Shown here: piece after piece, positions 61,401 to 64,000 of the stretch | Layout: the number at the start of each line of letters is the position of its first letter | Numbering within the stretch: position 1 is the first letter of the stretch | Assembly: GCA_963721805.1 (NCBI GenBank) | Contig: CAVRJY010000001.1 | Coordinates: forward strand, 1,056,001-1,120,000 | Source of the DNA: Nitrospirota bacterium | Lineage (GTDB): Bacteria; Nitrospirota; Thermodesulfovibrionia; Thermodesulfovibrionales; JdFR-86 | Reading direction: 5' to 3' | DNA length: 64,000 bases | Notes under the pieces: generated by a model | Seen by the model: the letters and a program-made list of their open reading frames with translations, nothing else | Database searches by the model: none | Told to the model about the DNA's origin: nothing | Position numbers and translations under genes: made by a program

Positions 61401-64000
61401 GCGGCCCGTGGCAGCCAGATGCTGGTTGATAAGCACATCGCCGGGCTTTGTAATCAGATCAAGGGTAGAGAGTATCAGGGAAGGGATCAGCATGATCCCG
61501 AGCACCGCCAACGTCCAAAACACTGGCGATGCCATGATAGTCCAGCCCGTCAGGAGCAGGAGCGTAAGCGCAACTGGCACGAGGCTGCGGCGAAGGTTGT
61601 CCATGATCTTCCATCTCGACAGCAGCGAGAGCGGGTTTCTCTGAAAGCGGGCATGGGCCCCGGGGACTCCGGGCAGCAGCCACCTAAGAAGCTGCCAATC
61701 TCCGCGAATCCAGCGGTGCCGGCGGCTCACATCGGTGCTGTAGCTGGACGGATATTCCTCGTACACCATTACATCGCTCATCAGCCCCGCGCGCGCGTAG
61801 CATCCTTCCAGCAGGTCATGGCTGAGTATCCGGTTCTCGGGGAAGCGCCCGCCCAGCGCCAGCTCGAACGCGTCAACGTCATATATGCCCTTGCCTATGA
61901 ACGACCCTTCCTGGAACAGGTCCTGATAGACATCGGAGACAACTCGCGTATAGGGATCGATCCCCGGCTCGCTGCCGAATAAGCGCGCATACCGCGACCG
62001 GTTCGTTCCGGGCAGGCTTACGGCCACGCGTGGCTGCAAGATGCCGTATCCCTCGGTTACCCGCTGCTTGTCTTTATCGTACCGGGCACGGTTCAGCGGA
62101 TGAGCCATCGCGCCTACGAGCTGCCATGCACAGTCGCGCGGCAGCTGCGTGTCGGTATCGAGTGTGATCACATATTTCACGCTCGATAACACGGAAGTGT
62201 CGCCGACTACGAGCGAGAAGCGGTCTCTCTCGGCTCCGTCCAAACCGGCGCGAAGTAAGGCGTTCAGATCCGAAAGCTTGCCGCGCTTGCGTTCGTACCC
62301 CATCCATATCTCATCCCCCGGGTTCCATCGGCGAGGGCGATGGAAAAGGTAAAACGTAGTGCCTTTTAATGCCGTATACTTTTCATTCAGCTCCTCGATC
62401 CTCTTGCGTGCCAGCGTCAGAAGCGGTTCGTCCTCGGGCAGCGTCTCGCGGTCCGCATCGCGAAAATCGGTCAGCAGGCCGAAGTGAAGGTTATCGTCAC
62501 GGTTCGCCAGGAACCTGACCTCAAGGGCCTCGACAAGGTCCTCGATGTTTTGAGCGCTTGTAATCATAGTCGGGACGACCGCCATCGTCCGCGATTCAGG
62601 AGGTATGCCCTTGGAGAAATCCAGTCTCGGCAGAGGGTTGGGTCTTGCCATCAGTGTGGCCAGCCAGTTCACCAGGGCCACGGCCAGATGGCTGGCGCAC
62701 AGAATCGAGATGAAACCCGTCAGGCTGAGCGCCCAGCCATGAATCCCGGCGGCATGCGCCTTTAATATTATGCCCGCCGTGATGGCCGCGGTAATCAACG
62801 TGATAGCGCCCATATACATAAGCAGAGGAGACCTTGAAGCCCATTTTCGAAAGGACTCAAAGACGGCCAGGCGCACTTCAGCCGCCTGCTCAAGCCGAGC
62901 CAGCCCCTTGTCTATCAGGTAGTAGCCCACATGAGAGCTGTGATCGCAGTGGACTTGTTCTCCTGCATTGCCGGCCGCACTTTCACGCGCAAGCCTGATG
63001 GCATGGGCCGCCACCTCGCCCTCAGAAAGCCGGGATTCCTTTGCAATTGTCTCAACGGCATGGCGGTAACGGTCACGGGTGGAAAAATCCATCTTGCCGT
63101 ATACGCCGCCGATGTCCTCGCGCAGGGTCAGCTCGACTATGCTCATCGTCTCGACGAACGCGCGCCAGTCCATCGCCCCAAGAAAGCGGAGGCTGCCGAT
63201 GCTGTTGCTCATCGAGACTTGATCAGCGGCCTGTTGCTGGTTCTGAGACTGCACCAGTTGCTTGATCGTCAGGCCGGATTCGGACAAACGTTGCTCGATC
63301 CAGGTGAGCGGCAACGCAAGGGCAGGGCCTTTGCCCTGAAGCCTGCGCGTGAGTTCCGCAACGAATGAGCTGACCATCGGAGGGCCCGACCGCGCCATGT
63401 CGGCAATCACGAGGATCAGGCTCTTGGGGTCCTCTTCGGCGGTTTCCGTCATCAGGTCAGCCCAATAATCCGCGCTGTTTCGGTCCAGCCTGTCTGTGAT
63501 GATGCTGGCCGCGACCCGCCGGAGATTCTCGATCAGCGCCAGCCGCAACATGATGGGAATAGCCCACAATTCACCCAACTTCAGGCTCGTGACGCTCTGG
63601 TAGGAGGATACGAAACCGCTGAGGTTCTCAGGGTCAACCCGCCCGTCGCCATGCGAGATCGTCTCAAGAGCAATGTCGTATACACGCGGCAGGCCGGCCG
63701 AAGGGCCACCTTGAAGGCGGGGCAGTTCCCGGCTGTATCCCTTTGGCAGATGCCGCTTGGCCGTGCGGATCTGCTCTTCGATCAGATAGAAATTGTCGAG
63801 CAGCCATTCTCCGGCCGGCGTGATCCTGCGGTTTGACTTGACCGCCTCTGTCAGCAGGTCGCGAGCGTCAAGCAGTATTCCTTCATTCTCGGCAAGCCGC
63901 GTAAGCAGCAATTCCGGGCCATGGTCTCGGCTCAGCTTGTGAATGTCAGCGAGGGCCCTGCCGTGCTGCTCCATCTGGTAGGCGCTGAACAGCTCCGAGC
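55446..64000 (-). CDS. cgs: Cyclic beta-1,2-glucan synthase (GT84 plus C-terminal GH94 phosphorylase), 5'-truncated by the window edge
   Basis: WLLDNFYLI, ERKRGK, SHDLLEG, RWIRGDWQ, QSGGAFGFRDQLQD, GDWNDG, ENGGQYTH. The frame stays open to the window end (SELFSAYQM). Confidence 0.93.
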   Translation of the reverse strand, partial: SELFSAYQMEQHGRALADIHKLSRDHGPELLLTRLAENEGILLDARDLLTEAVKSNRRITPAGEWLLDNFYLIEEQIRTAKRHLPKGYSRELPRLQGGPSAGLPRVYDIALETISHGDGRVDPENLSGFVSSYQSVTSLKLGELWAIPIMLRLALIENLRRVAASIITDRLDRNSADYWADLMTETAEEDPKSLILVIADMARSGPPMVSSFVAELTRRLQGKGPALALPLTWIEQRLSESGLTIKQLVQSQNQQQAADQVSMSNSIGSLRFLGAMDWRAFVETMSIVELTLREDIGGVYGKMDFSTRDRYRHAVETIAKESRLSEGEVAAHAIRLARESAAGNAGEQVHCDHSSHVGYYLIDKGLARLEQAAEVRLAVFESFRKWASRSPLLMYMGAITLITAAITAGIILKAHAAGIHGWALSLTGFISILCASHLAVALVNWLATLMARPNPLPRLDFSKGIPPESRTMAVVPTMITSAQNIEDLVEALEVRFLANRDDNLHFGLLTDFRDADRETLPEDEPLLTLARKRIEELNEKYTALKGTTFYLFHRPRRWNPGDEIWMGYERKRGKLSDLNALLRAGLDGAERDRFSLVVGDTSVLSSVKYVITLDTDTQLPRDCAWQLVGAMAHPLNRARYDKDKQRVTEGYGILQPRVAVSLPGTNRSRYARLFGSEPGIDPYTRVVSDVYQDLFQEGSFIGKGIYDVDAFELALGGRFPENRILSHDLLEGCYARAGLMSDVMVYEEYPSSYSTDVSRRHRWIRGDWQLLRWLLPGVPGAHARFQRNPLSLLSRWKIMDNLRRSLVPVALTLLLLTGWTIMASPVFWTLAVLGIMLIPSLILSTLDLITKPGDVLINQHLAATGRSTGMRVAQAAFTLACLPYEALYSLDAIARTAWRMIFAHRRLLEWNASSNIRHTGLGTFIRSMWIAPAIAVAAAIQLALSRPGTLALAAPLLGLWFASPAIAWWISLPLARRKSRLTAEQTVYLRKVSRKTWAFFETFVGPDDNWLPPDNYQEHPVSIIAHRTSPTNMGLALLSNLSAHDFGYISTGQLIERTSNALHTMSALERYRGHFYNWYDTQSLKPLMPTYISSVDSGNLAGDLLTLRPGLLELPDQNILGAQAFDGLYDTFLILVDAAEGTAPAKLDRLRLAMEAARNSTPDTLMTARLCLERMASAAEELVAGLTATDKQALMWAQAFAAQCKAALDELALLTPWIMLADSPETIREFPALLEIPTLRQLAGLEQNSPSAQKLLVKEAAERAMLRISTIERLAREAGELSRMEYDFLFDKTRHLLSIGYNVGERRLDESYYDLLASEARLSCFVGIAQGQLPQESWFALGRLLTTTGGDPVLLSWSGSMFEYLMPLLVMPNYENTLLDQTCKAAVARQIEYGNKRRVPWGISESGFNTIDVHLSYQYRAFGVPGLGLKRGLAEDLVVAPYASALALTVSPEEACMNLQRLSAEGLETRYGFYEAIDYTPSRLQRGQQHAIIRSFMAHHQGMSLLSLAWLLLDGRMQKRFESDPELQATMLLLQERVPKATAFYSHTEEISEVRAASADTEMPVRVLGSPNTPVPEVQLLSNGRYHVMVTNAGGGYSRWKDIAVTRWREDTTCDNWGTFCYVKDVASGEFWSAAYQPTLKTPKKYEAIFSEARVEFRRTDNNIDMHTEITVSPEDDIELRRITITNRSRTAREIDVTSYAEVVLASPASDALHPAFSNLFVQTEIIRHQGAILCTRRPRSVEDRSPWMFHLVAVHGADAEEASYETDRLKFIGRGNTVADPQAMSDQATGNLSNSQGSVLDPIVAVRYRVTIEPEKSATVNIVTGIADNRDACMGLIEKYQDRLLADRVFNLAWTHSQVLLRQINATETEAQIYGRLASSVIYANSSMRAESGVIVSNRRGQSGLWGYSVSGDLPIVLLQIESSANIELVRQLVKAHAYWRLKGLEVDLVIWNEDHAGYRQILQEEILGIIAADLEVNVLDRPGGIFVRPADQISNEDRILFNTVARAIITDSRGTLVNQTIWPTNRNSEPGMPRLIPTRAYREESTNVATSPRGDLLFSNGIGGFTPDGREYVITTTHGQVTPAPWVNVLANPNFGSVISESGLAYTWIDNAHEFRLTPWHNDPVSDSSGEAFYMRDEESGHYWSPSPLPSRGAGHYASRHGFGYSVFEHTEDGIRIEMWVYVALDASVKFTALKVKNESGRSRRLSATGYVEWVLGDLRSKTAMHVITEIDLESGALFARNPYNTMFADRTAFFDVDESARTVSCDRTEFIGRNGTLQNPAAMTRSRLSGRVGAALDPCAAIQVPFELADGQEREVIFRLGAGRDANDTSGLVRRFRGAAAARKALESLWNHWNQTLGAVQVETPDRSVDIMANGWLVYQTLACRMWARSGYYQSGGAFGFRDQLQDMMALVHTKPGLVREHLLLAASRQFIEGDVQHWWHPPLGQGVRTHCSDDLLWLPLAASRYVASTGDTGVLDEPVRFLDSRQVNAGEDSYYDLPGQSEQTATLYEHCVRAITKGITHGEHGLPLIGTGDWNDGMNMVGAQGKGESVWLGFFLYDVLIEFAKIANMRGDRPFVERCNDEAAQLKVNIEKHGWDGGWYRRAYFDDGMPLGSAGNAECQIDSISQSWSVLSGAGDADRSATAMEAVDKRLVRREHGLIQLLDPPFDKSDLNPGYIKGYVPGVRENGGQYTHGAIWAAMAFARLGDGRRAWELLRMINPVNHAISLEDTETYKVEPYVVAADVYAVSPHIGRGGWTWYTGSAGWMYRLILESLLGLRLEKDKLRIAPCLPEDWETFKIHYRHRETIYHITVQVGGRKGVTVDGVVQPESVIPLVDDHREHWVDVRV

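Overview
GC-rich bacterial chromosomal window. The gene content looks Nitrospirota/Deltaproteobacteria-like, which is an inference. In order it holds: three toxin-antitoxin pairs separated by repeats; an AT-rich patch with a wHTH gene; ychF; a pseudo-histidine kinase; an NTase/TPM/LemA trio; a radical-SAM/selenodomain (ArsS-like) redox cluster with msrAB; a frameshifted RND efflux operon; tRNA-Lys and tRNA-Arg; typA; two cassettes stacked behind duplicated pheT 3' ends; pheT; ihfA-merR-tRNA-Pro; metabolic genes, CLC and pal; an operon of two MshEN-like/DUF202-repeat membrane proteins, HK, RR and a truncated PEP-synthase-like dikinase; a Wsp-like chemosensory/diguanylate cyclase operon; and a partial cyclic beta-1,2-glucan synthase. 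The best leads are (1) the 3+2 DUF202-repeat pair, which could build a VTC-like arginine-lined pseudo-pentameric channel linked to a dikinase, (2) a ~440-bp dispersed non-coding element with a strongly covarying ~124-nt hairpin upstream of both ychF and typA, with fragments between the TA cassettes, (3) triplicated, synonymously diverged pheT 3' ends bracketing cargo genes, and (4) a probable selenocysteine UGA in the ArsS-like enzyme. All calls were made by eye, with no database searches or folding programs.
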